Below, in pieces: positions 53,325-61,408 of a stretch of DNA of 64,000 nucleotides (positions are counted from its first letter, which is position 1; each line of letters opens with the position of its first letter). The DNA comes from an uncultured Enterobacteriaceae bacterium (GTDB lineage Bacteria; Pseudomonadota; Gammaproteobacteria; Eutrophobiales; Eutrophobiaceae). The translations under genes were made by a program, and so were the position numbers. The stretch covers positions 93,633-157,632 of the forward strand of contig CAZGBJ010000001.1 in the NCBI GenBank assembly GCA_964523895.1, given 5' to 3'. Under the pieces are notes generated by a model that was given only the letters and a program-made list of their open reading frames with translations, was not told the origin of the DNA and searched no databases.

Positions 53325-55058
53325 TTATTCAAACCCTTGTAACCGATCAGGTTGGTGGCTATTCGCCATAATTGGGCTGGTAATTGCGGGTAGATCATCA
53401 GGCGGGATGTTCAAAATTCTAAACGCACCTTCCATCACTCTGGAAAAAACTGGCGCTGCAACAACACCGCCATAATGACTATCTCCTCTAGGTTCATCAA
53501 TGAGTATCACCATTGCAAACCGAGGTTCACTTGCAGGAGCAATACCTGCAAATAAGGACAGGTAACGATCATCGGAGTAACCACCATGTACAGATTTATG
53601 CACCGTGCCTGTTTTACCTATAACACGATAACCCCTTATTGCAGCACGTTTACCCGTACCCTTTGCAGACACCACCGTTTCCAACATCTTTCTCACTTGT
53701 CTTGCAATATTTTCAGGTAATACGCGTTTACCTGAAACAGAGTCGCTAACCTTGAGAAATGAAATTGGTAACATCACTCCACCCGTTGCTAAAACGGAAT
53801 ACGCTTGTGCAAGTTGTAGAGGTGTTACAGATAAGCCATAACCAAATGACATGGTTGCCATTTCAAAATCTGACCAGGTATTATATGGGCTTAATATTCC
53901 TGAAGACTCACCGGGAAAAGCACTACCCGTTGGCTGGCCAAAACCAAAACGCGATAATACATCCCAATATTTTTCCGGTTCCAGTGATAGTGCAATCTTG
54001 CTGGCACCAACATTACTTGATTTGGTAATAACAGTTGAAACATCGATACTTCCGTAGTTATGTATATCCCGGATGGTATGCTCACCAACCTTAAAATAGC
54101 CCGGCGATGTATTTATTGCCGTATGTGGATTATAAATTCCAGATTCCAGTCCCGCCGAGATAGTAAAGGGCTTCATTGTTGAACCGGGCTCAAACACATC
54201 GGTGACTGCACGATTACGATAAAAATGACTTTTTAAAGTTTTACGATTATTCGGGTTATAAGATGGTTGTCCAACCATCGCCATTACTTCACCTGTTCTA
54301 ACATCTAACATCACCAATGAACCACCCTTTGCCCGATGATATTTAACAGCAGCAGCCAATTCTCGGTAAGCCAAATACTGAACACGCCGATCTATACTCA
54401 GCGTCAATTTTTTCCCTGGTTCAGAAGATTCGATGCTTTCAATGTTTTCAACGACTCGATTTAAACGATCTTTCAAAACTCGTTTTTTTCCTGTTTTGCC
54501 ACTCAGCCATTGGTCATAGGCCAATTCCATACCTTCCTGACCTTGATCATCAATATTGGTAAAACCAATAATGTGAGAAGTCACTTCAGCAGCCGGGTAA
54601 TAACGCTTGTATTCGCGTTGCGTTGATACCCCTCTTATACCTAATTTTTGTATTTCCTTAACCAGGCCTGGATTCGCATGACGTTTTAAATAAACAAACT
54701 CACGACTAATTCGATCACGCAAAATTTCGTGAAGGTCTGCTACTGTCATTCCCATGACCTTTGCCAAGTCAGGAAAACGTTCAACATCTTCAAATACTTT
54801 TCGTGGCGTCACCCATATCGAATCTACCGGTGTACTCATGGCTAATGGTTCATCATTTCGATCAACAATCACACCGCGATGTGAAGGAATATCAACCACA
54901 CGAATTGATCTTGCATCGCCATGCTCTTTAAGGAATTCATTATTTAAAAGCTGCAGATAAACGGCTCGTGATGAGAGCACCGCCATGCCACACAGAAATA
55001 ACCCTAACACCAGCCAACGGCGTAATGGATATTGTGCTTGTATAGCTCGTAATTTCAT
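53325..55058 (-). CDS. ftsI: Peptidoglycan D,D-transpeptidase FtsI (PBP3)
   Basis: N-terminal TM, then SxxK (STMKP), SxN and KTG motifs. Confidence 0.9.
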   Translation of the reverse strand: MKLRAIQAQYPLRRWLVLGLFLCGMAVLSSRAVYLQLLNNEFLKEHGDARSIRVVDIPSHRGVIVDRNDEPLAMSTPVDSIWVTPRKVFEDVERFPDLAKVMGMTVADLHEILRDRISREFVYLKRHANPGLVKEIQKLGIRGVSTQREYKRYYPAAEVTSHIIGFTNIDDQGQEGMELAYDQWLSGKTGKKRVLKDRLNRVVENIESIESSEPGKKLTLSIDRRVQYLAYRELAAAVKYHRAKGGSLVMLDVRTGEVMAMVGQPSYNPNNRKTLKSHFYRNRAVTDVFEPGSTMKPFTISAGLESGIYNPHTAINTSPGYFKVGEHTIRDIHNYGSIDVSTVITKSSNVGASKIALSLEPEKYWDVLSRFGFGQPTGSAFPGESSGILSPYNTWSDFEMATMSFGYGLSVTPLQLAQAYSVLATGGVMLPISFLKVSDSVSGKRVLPENIARQVRKMLETVVSAKGTGKRAAIRGYRVIGKTGTVHKSVHGGYSDDRYLSLFAGIAPASEPRFAMVILIDEPRGDSHYGGVVAAPVFSRVMEGAFRILNIPPDDLPAITSPIMANSHQPDRLQGFE

Positions 55059-55372
55059 TTAGCTAATAGCACCACCGAGCTTCGTTCTGGCATCTTCATA
55101 TCCAGCTTGGTTCTGGCAAAGGATTCAATTCTGTCATTAATTGCCCAGGTGCTTTGTTCAAGTTGCAAACGCCCCCACTCTTCGTTCAATTCATCACCGG
55201 TTCGTTCCAATGCTTGTAACTCAACAAACAAACGGCGCGTTTCATGCCGGGCAATAACAACTTGTAACGCCGATAAAAATATAACGATGTAGAGCCCGTA
55301 ATTTAGTAATACTTTCATATCAACAACGCTCCGCCACACGTAATACAGCACTACGTGCTCGAGGATTTTCAT
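55055..55372 (-). CDS. ftsL: Cell division protein FtsL
   Basis: Small bitopic coiled-coil protein between rsmH and ftsI. The true start is probably the internal MKVLLNYGLYIV, removing the overlap with rsmH. Confidence 0.7.
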   Translation of the reverse strand: MKILEHVVLYYVWRSVVDMKVLLNYGLYIVIFLSALQVVIARHETRRLFVELQALERTGDELNEEWGRLQLEQSTWAINDRIESFARTKLDMKMPERSSVVLLAK

Positions 55373-56261
55373 TCACTTCCTTTTCAGTTGCCCGAATCTT
55401 CTTGCCTATCCTCTTTATTTTCACATTACTGTCATCCGGCATGATCGGTAATTCCGGCGGATATTCTGTCGGTGTAGATTCATCACGCATAAAACGTTTA
55501 ACGATTCTATCTTCCAGTGAATGAAAACTGATCGCGGCAAGACGACCTGCTGGACATAAAGCATCGACAGCCTGCGGTAGTACTTCTTTAATTTCATCAA
55601 GTTCACGATTAATAAAAATACGTAAGGCTTGAAATGTTTTTGTCGCCGGATGAATATCCTTTCCCTTATGTCGACTTTTCTTCGATGGAACAGCTTGACG
55701 AACAAGTTCTGCAAGTTGCGTTGTCGTTTCTATTGGAGTTTCAACACGGGCGTTAACAATATTTTTAGCAATCCGCCTGGAAGCACGTTCTTCACCATAT
55801 TCATAAATGACATTGGCAATATCAGTCTCTTCCGCTTTGTTTAACCACTCGGCAACGCTTTGTCCCTCTTCAGGATTCATACGCATATCAAGTGCTGCAT
55901 CAAAACGAAAACTAAAACCACGTTCGGCATCATCAAGTTGTGGCGAAGACACACCAAAATCAAACAAGACACCGGCACATTGTGCTTGTAAGCCATGTTG
56001 TTCAACATGTTGCGTCAACATCGTGAATGAACCTTTGATAATTTCGAAACGATTGTCTTGAACAAGGTCTGTACTGGCTGATTTAATCGCATCGGGATCT
56101 TTATCAAAAGAGAGTAGTCTGCCTTCTGGGCCAAGTCGTTTAAGAATTTCACGACTATGTCCGCCTCGACCAAACGTTGCATCAATGTAATACCCATCTG
56201 CACGTAGTTTGAGTGCCTCAATAACCTCGTCCAATAAGACTGGTTTATGCTCATAGCTCAA
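55320..56261 (-). CDS. rsmH: 16S rRNA m4C1402 methyltransferase RsmH (MraW)
   Basis: HKPVLLDEVI...DATFGRGGHS matches RsmH. Confidence 0.9.
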   Translation of the reverse strand: MSYEHKPVLLDEVIEALKLRADGYYIDATFGRGGHSREILKRLGPEGRLLSFDKDPDAIKSASTDLVQDNRFEIIKGSFTMLTQHVEQHGLQAQCAGVLFDFGVSSPQLDDAERGFSFRFDAALDMRMNPEEGQSVAEWLNKAEETDIANVIYEYGEERASRRIAKNIVNARVETPIETTTQLAELVRQAVPSKKSRHKGKDIHPATKTFQALRIFINRELDEIKEVLPQAVDALCPAGRLAAISFHSLEDRIVKRFMRDESTPTEYPPELPIMPDDSNVKIKRIGKKIRATEKEVNENPRARSAVLRVAERC

Positions 56262-56290
56262 TGTGTTGAATCACCTAACGTCGTCAAACG

Positions 56291-56749
56291 TTACAGTGAC
56301 AGCGACTGTAATGATTCTGGTGTGGGAACCGAATCATCACCGACTGTCTCCAGCCATTCATCACGTTGAGCCTCCCAAGCCTTCTCATTCCAGATTTCGA
56401 ATTTATTACCCTGCCCGAGGATGACAGCCTTTTTAGTGAGGTCAGAATAAGAACGCAATTCCTTGGGGATAAGGATGCGTCCCTGGCTATCAAGCTGACA
56501 ATCCGTAGCATAACCACGCATCATCTGCTTAGTTCGTCGGCTTTGTTTATCGAAATCAGAAAGAGAGGCTAACTTATCTTCAATCACATCCCATTCCGGC
56601 AGGGGATACAGCCAGAGAGAGCGATCTAGCGGGTTCAGAGTAATAACAAGACTGTTTTCGGCTTGCACGGAAATAAGCTCACGATAGCGAGATGGAACCG
56701 CTAAACGCCCCTTATTATCTATACTTATTTTATTAAAGCCTCGAAACAC
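56291..56749 (-). CDS. mraZ: Transcriptional regulator MraZ
   Basis: Full-length alignment to E. coli MraZ ([23 protein letters not shown] aligns with VFRGFNKISIDNKGRLAVPSRYR) places the start at the GTG at 56747-56749. The 14 extra residues in the track ORF come from an upstream GTG that is part of the MraZ box. Confidence 0.85.
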   Translation of the reverse strand: MFRGFNKISIDNKGRLAVPSRYRELISVQAENSLVITLNPLDRSLWLYPLPEWDVIEDKLASLSDFDKQSRRTKQMMRGYATDCQLDSQGRILIPKELRSYSDLTKKAVILGQGNKFEIWNEKAWEAQRDEWLETVGDDSVPTPESLQSLSL

Positions 56750-56775
56750 AATGTTATCCCCGTTCTGTTGGTAAA

Positions 56776-56800
56776 ATCCACTTTTACCCACAATTTCCCA
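56776..56800 (-). promoter_or_regulatory. MraZ-box: three direct repeats GTGGG/GTGGG/GTGGA at 10-bp periodicity upstream of mraZ
   Basis: The plus strand reads TCCAC(56776), CCCAC(56786), CCCAC(56796). On the minus strand these are GTGGA, GTGGG and GTGGG, 27-51 nt upstream of the mraZ GTG. This matches the known MraZ operator architecture (three GTGGG repeats with ~10-nt period). Confidence 0.5.
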
Positions 56801-57045
56801 CTTCGTGAACTATAGGGATTTCAAGGCTTTACTGTCAAGGTTTCTTTGTGTTTTTTTTCATGAAATATGTCTTGTGTAACAATAACTTAGCTAACAAAAG
56901 TTGATTTTAACTGTCATAAACAAATTAATTGATTCAATAAGACTATTTAATTCATTATCTTCGAATATTTACCTAATAGATTACTTTAAGTTGTGATATT
57001 TTAATTGTGAAAACTGTTATTTTTCTAAATTTATTAATGATTTAC

Positions 57046-57396
57046 TCAATTTTCTTCAAAATTTGCTCCCATCTCATGTGCAAGCTGAAAATAACGCTGA
57101 CTAAGCGCCATATTTATCTCAACACCATCCATGCCATTTTGGTACAAAATACCCAAATTATGTGCCGCAACCGCGTCTCCCATATCCACTGCCTTTTCTA
57201 ATAACTCTAGTGCTTTTACTGCATCAACCTCAACACCTGCACCTCTTTGATAAGCAACACCTAACATCCCAATTGCCCCGGCAATGCCTTCATCAGCAAG
57301 CGGTTTCAATAGAAGTAAGGCCTTACCATACTCACCATCAGAAAAAGCCTGACTAACAATTTCAATTGCGTCTTGTACGTCTTTAATTTCGTCCAT
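57046..57396 (-). CDS. Sel1-repeat (TPR-like) protein, 116 aa
   Basis: Repeated ...G.GV..D...A..L...A...G...A...LG..Y..G units typical of Sel1/HcpA-like repeats. Confidence 0.6.
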   Translation of the reverse strand: MDEIKDVQDAIEIVSQAFSDGEYGKALLLLKPLADEGIAGAIGMLGVAYQRGAGVEVDAVKALELLEKAVDMGDAVAAHNLGILYQNGMDGVEINMALSQRYFQLAHEMGANFEEN

Positions 57397-57836
57397 CAGT
57401 CACTAATCACGTACTTTAATGTTTCGACAACTTGCTCTGGTGTTTGCGCCCAGGCCATAGCAGCAGCATCCACTTCTTTCAAGGGATGGATAATAGATTC
57501 GTCATGCAAAGTGATATACGGTTTACCCAAAGCAGCACAGCAACCCGCATCAAACGCCGCGTTCCATTGTTTATATTTGTCACCAAATCGAACAATCGCG
57601 ATATCACATTTTTCGATTAAATTTTTAGTACGAATACTATTCACTTTGGATGATTTATGATCACGCCAAAAATTATTCTCATCTTTACCCAGGTGATCGC
57701 CAGCGGCATCACTTGCATCATGATCAGTCACTGCCGAAGTATAGGTAATCGGCAAACCGAGTTTATCGGTGCCTTGTTTAATTTGCTCGCGCCAATCCGT
57801 GTGGATCTCACCGGATAAGTAAACCGTCCAACTCAT
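57396..57836 (-). CDS. YtoQ-family protein (nucleoside 2-deoxyribosyltransferase-like fold), 146 aa
   Basis: MSWTVYLSGEIHTDWREQI start and the overall length and pattern match the YtoQ family. Start/stop overlap (ATGA) with the Sel1 gene. Confidence 0.55.
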   Translation of the reverse strand: MSWTVYLSGEIHTDWREQIKQGTDKLGLPITYTSAVTDHDASDAAGDHLGKDENNFWRDHKSSKVNSIRTKNLIEKCDIAIVRFGDKYKQWNAAFDAGCCAALGKPYITLHDESIIHPLKEVDAAAMAWAQTPEQVVETLKYVISD

Positions 57837-57980
57837 GCTGTGCCCTCTTTAAGAATAATTTCTTGGATTAGAATAAATGTTTAATTTTTAAAACGATACA
57901 ACAATATAGCAAGCATCATAATTGTTCATTCTTTAAACATCTTTTTGCCATTATGTTTCGAAAATAGTAAATAAAAAAAG

Positions 57981-58316
57981 AGTCGGCCGATAAGCCGGGT
58001 TCTGTCGTGGACAATCATTCATCTGGGATGCACATCACTATGCACCTCAAGCGACCTACCCGGAAACAGTGCGGGCCGCACCATCGTTTCCCTATTTGGT
58101 CTTGCTCCAGGTGGGGTTTACCCTGCCACTGTTATTGCTAACAGAGCGGTGCGCTCTTACCGCACCATTTCACCCTTACCTGCCGAAACAGGCGGTATAT
58201 TTTCTGTGGCACTTTCCATCGGCTCACGCCGCCCAGATGTTATCTGGCACCTCGCCCTATGGAGCCCGGACTTTCCTCTATTGAAATACATCAACAGCGA
58301 TTGCCTGGCCAACTCT
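57981..58316 (-). ncRNA. rnpB: RNase P RNA (type A, M1 RNA)
   Basis: The minus strand contains the universally conserved P4 elements GGAAAGTCCGGGCTCCATAGGGC... and ...ACAGAACCCGGCTTATCGGCCGACT at the 3' end, followed by a T-run. Internal conserved segments AGGGTGAAATGGTGCGGTAAGAGCGCACC and CAAGACCAAATAGGG match E. coli M1 RNA. Ends are approximate to ~10 nt. Confidence 0.88.
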
Positions 58317-58395
58317 GGTTGCTAGTTTATGGTGAGAAGAATTTGTTGCAAGGAAAAACAAAGCTTAATAAAAAAATAAAATAATCGAGTACAAA

Positions 58396-58686
58396 TTAAT
58401 GAGTTATGACGCGCTCCATTTTCTGATACAGCAGCTTATTTTTGTTCTCTAAATGCCAAAGATTCAGATTGGTCTGCATGCTTAACCAAAATCGCGGAGT
58501 ACTGCCCAATACACGACTTAAGCGAATAGCAATATCTTCGGTCACGTCACCGCGCTCATTAACCACTTTCGACACCGTATTTCTGGCAATACCACACCGT
58601 CGAGCTAATTCACTCACAGTAAGACCTGTCTCTGGCAAAATGACGTTGCGAATTAACGCACCAGGATGAGAAGGTTTACGAGCCAT
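58396..58686 (-). CDS. higA: HigA antitoxin (XRE-family HTH)
   Basis: 96 aa with an HTH (LTVSELARRCGIARNTVSKVVN). Its ATG overlaps the higB stop (TAATG). Confidence 0.8.
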   Translation of the reverse strand: MARKPSHPGALIRNVILPETGLTVSELARRCGIARNTVSKVVNERGDVTEDIAIRLSRVLGSTPRFWLSMQTNLNLWHLENKNKLLYQKMERVITH

Positions 58687-58973
58687 TAGTGATAATCCTC
58701 TAAATTAATATCGACAACGTCGTTGCCATCCATGCACCATGTAATTCGCCAGTTTCCAGTCACGCGAACACTGTACTCACCTTTACGCTGACCTTTTAAT
58801 CCATGAAAATAAAGACCTGAAATATCCATTTCTTCAGCAAATTCAATCGTATCTAATGCATCCAAAATCACAATTAATCGCCCAGCAATTTCTGCACGAA
58901 TACCGCGTTTATCTGTATAACGCGGATCTTCGAAGAAACGCTTCAATCCCTTGTGGCGAAACTTTTTGATCAT
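58686..58973 (-). CDS. higB: HigB toxin (RelE/ParE superfamily mRNA interferase)
   Basis: MIKKFRHKGLKRFFEDPRYTD...GNWRITWCMDGNDVVDINLEDYH matches the HigB plasmid-maintenance killer family. The toxin gene precedes the antitoxin, as in hig loci. Confidence 0.8.
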   Translation of the reverse strand: MIKKFRHKGLKRFFEDPRYTDKRGIRAEIAGRLIVILDALDTIEFAEEMDISGLYFHGLKGQRKGEYSVRVTGNWRITWCMDGNDVVDINLEDYH

Positions 58974-59050
58974 ATGTTTTAAGTGTAATCATTATGATTA
59001 CATAATGCAACTTGAATAGTTACAGGTTTAAAATATTAGAGAGTGCTAAT

Positions 59051-59884
59051 TTATAATTTACGTGATCGACCTTTTTCGTATTGTGGTGTATTACGTTCCT
59101 TTTGCTCATTTTGTAACTTTAAATAGTTTTCCCAACGGCGTTGCTCAAGCTCACCGGACTCTAAAGCATTTTTAACCCCGCATTTTATTTCAGTGTCATG
59201 TTGGCAGTTATTAAATTTACATTGAGAGATGAATTGCATGATGTCATCAAAGGTATCTTCAAGCCCGCTTTCACAATCACTTAGCTGTAATTCTCTAATT
59301 CCTGGGGTATCAATTAATACGCCACCATCATTAAGCAAATGTAATGATCGTGATGTTGTTGTATGTTGGCCTTTACCATCTTCTGCGCTGACTTCTGCGG
59401 TCAGTTGTTCTGCGTCCGTTAAACTATTGATCAATGTTGATTTACCAACACCAGAAGAACCAACAAGTGCAATAGTATGACCCTCTGTACATAAAGATCG
59501 TAACGACTCTAAACTTGCTTTATCTTTCGCATTAACACATTCAACACTAAGATCTTTTTGCAAACTCTGTACTTCTTCTTTATATGACTCACTATCATCT
59601 ATTAGATCAATCCTGGTTAAAACAACGACGGGGTTAATTCCAGCTTCATTGGCTAAGGTTAAATAGCGTTCTATGCGTGAAACATTAAAATCCTGATCAC
59701 ACGACATGACGATAAATAAGGTATCAACATTAGCAGCAATCGTTTGATCATTAGTCCGTTTACCCGCAGCCTTACGTATCAACACTGTTACCCGATCAAG
59801 TATTCGAAGTGGTCGTTCGCCTCCATTCGGAATTAATATCCAATCTCCCACTGCAAACACTTTTGGATCACTAAAGACACCCAC
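59051..59884 (-). CDS. rsgA: Ribosome small-subunit-dependent GTPase A (RsgA/EngC); the annotated GTG start truncates the N-terminal OB domain
   Basis: G-motifs VGSSGVGKSTLINSL and DTPG, plus the C-terminal zinc finger CKFNNCQHDTEIKC. The open frame continues 53 codons upstream with conserved OB-fold sequence (ARISKIHRSHCIVW...) but has no ATG, GTG or TTG. Confidence 0.85.
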   Translation of the reverse strand: MGVFSDPKVFAVGDWILIPNGGERPLRILDRVTVLIRKAAGKRTNDQTIAANVDTLFIVMSCDQDFNVSRIERYLTLANEAGINPVVVLTRIDLIDDSESYKEEVQSLQKDLSVECVNAKDKASLESLRSLCTEGHTIALVGSSGVGKSTLINSLTDAEQLTAEVSAEDGKGQHTTTSRSLHLLNDGGVLIDTPGIRELQLSDCESGLEDTFDDIMQFISQCKFNNCQHDTEIKCGVKNALESGELEQRRWENYLKLQNEQKERNTPQYEKGRSRKL

Positions 59885-60202
59885 TTCGAAATCTTTTACT
59901 TCTTGACTACTCCAAACAATGCAATGACTACGATGAATTTTTGAAATACGAGCGGGATAGGATTGAGCCTCCTCTTCTGAAGTTAACTGATCAGAGAAGA
60001 ATGACTTCCAACCTAATTGAGATAATCTAAAAATAATAATTTCCTAAAGTCATTACGCTATGTGTTGTTAACTCTATATGTCTGCTTTCGGCTGCGTCGA
60101 TAAGTTGAAGTCGCTAGCTTTATTATTGCAATCCTTAAATCGGTCAGAAGTGGATATTAAGCAATAAATTATTCTCTATTCAAACTATATTATTTAATCC
60201 GT

Positions 60203-60400
60203 TTACAAATTATTAAATGTTGTTGGATCTAGGACCGCGAACATTCCACCAAAAAACATAGTAAACATGAATGCAAGTATGGTTAAAATTATCATCGCTG
60301 GAATAGATGCAATCGTTGCCTTAACCATAAATATAACCATTGACCAAAACGGCATTTTAATATCGACAATATTTACTTCATTTACTCTATATTCTTCCAT
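60203..60400 (-). CDS. Small hypothetical membrane protein (65 aa, two TM helices)
   Basis: Strong SD (AGGAGA, 6 nt before the ATG). Two hydrophobic helices. The overlapping plus-strand ORF 60267-60539 has no SD. Confidence 0.5.
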   Translation of the reverse strand: MEEYRVNEVNIVDIKMPFWSMVIFMVKATIASIPAMIILTILAFMFTMFFGGMFAVLDPTTFNNL

Positions 60401-60477
60401 ATTGATTCTCCTCTACATTTACTTTTTTATAAAGTTCGCTTTGGGTTGTGATTTCAACCAATTCTTAAAAGCAAACA

Positions 60478-61314
60478 TTATTCTTTTTGTCCTGGATCTA
60501 ATGCTAATTGATACACTTCGTTCTTCTTTTTTCCTGTAATATTTGCAGTTAAACCTGCGGCATCTTTCGGCGGTAACTTTTCCGAAAGAATTTGATTGAT
60601 TCGTAAGACTTCTTGATCATTTACCGATGTTTCTTGTGCGCCTTCGATGATCACAACAAACTCGCCTTTTATTTTTATCTCGCCGCTTTCGAGCTTTTCA
60701 TTAATCACTGCTAAATTATCGCAGACGATTTGTTCGAATTGTTTAGTGAGTTCTCTGGCGATAGTAACGCGTCTTTCTGTGCTAAATATTTCCTGCATGA
60801 TTTTTACTGATTCAACGATACGATGTGGTGCTTCGTAAAAAACCAGTGTTCGTGATTCATTTGTTAATTCTTGTAAACGTTTCTTACGTGCTTCACTTTT
60901 TGCAGGCAAATACCCTTCAAAAATAAATTTGTTTGTCGGTAAACCGGATGCGGACAAGGCGGCAATAATGGCAGAAGGGCCGGGGATAGGAACGACTTGA
61001 ATATTGTTGTCATGTGCTGCAACAACCAGTTTATAACCTGGGTCATTAATCAATGGTGTTCCGGCATCGGAGATTAGCGCAATTGATTTGCCAGCTAATA
61101 GTTGCTGTATCAATTGCGGTGTTACTTTTTCTTCATTATGTTCGTGGTATGCACAGGTTTTGGTTTTAATAGCAAACCTTTCCAGTATGGTTTTACTATG
61201 GCGCGTGTCTTCGGCAGCGATTAAATCCACCTGTTTTAAGATCTCAATGGCTCGCTCGCTGATGTCGCCTAAATTGCCGATTGGCGTTGCCACAATATAG
61301 AGTGATGCTTCCAT
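60478..61314 (-). CDS. rsmI: 16S rRNA 2'-O-methyltransferase RsmI (tetrapyrrole-methylase fold)
   Basis: LYIVATPIGNLGDISERAIEIL...AAEDTRHS matches RsmI. Confidence 0.9.
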   Translation of the reverse strand: MEASLYIVATPIGNLGDISERAIEILKQVDLIAAEDTRHSKTILERFAIKTKTCAYHEHNEEKVTPQLIQQLLAGKSIALISDAGTPLINDPGYKLVVAAHDNNIQVVPIPGPSAIIAALSASGLPTNKFIFEGYLPAKSEARKKRLQELTNESRTLVFYEAPHRIVESVKIMQEIFSTERRVTIARELTKQFEQIVCDNLAVINEKLESGEIKIKGEFVVIIEGAQETSVNDQEVLRINQILSEKLPPKDAAGLTANITGKKKNEVYQLALDPGQKE

Positions 61315-61408
61315 TCTTCTGTATATGAACCCTGTTTAAAAATAAATGTCGTAATTATCGCTGCAATGTACAATAGATACCCATGATACCTAGAAATACA
61401 TATTCATA

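Noticed and set aside
53198-53398. 66-aa minus-strand ORF spanning the ftsI-murE spacer
   Set aside because: It is produced by reading through the 19-bp inverted-repeat element and the ftsI 3' end. There is no coding signal.
56750-56791. N-terminal 14-codon extension of mraZ in the ORF track
   Set aside because: The upstream GTG is part of the GTGGG MraZ-box. Ortholog alignment supports the downstream GTG start.
58069-58284. 71-aa plus-strand ORF (MRAAPSFPYLVLLQVGF...)
   Set aside because: It lies entirely within the rnpB RNase P RNA gene. It has no RBS and is an ORF-caller artefact.
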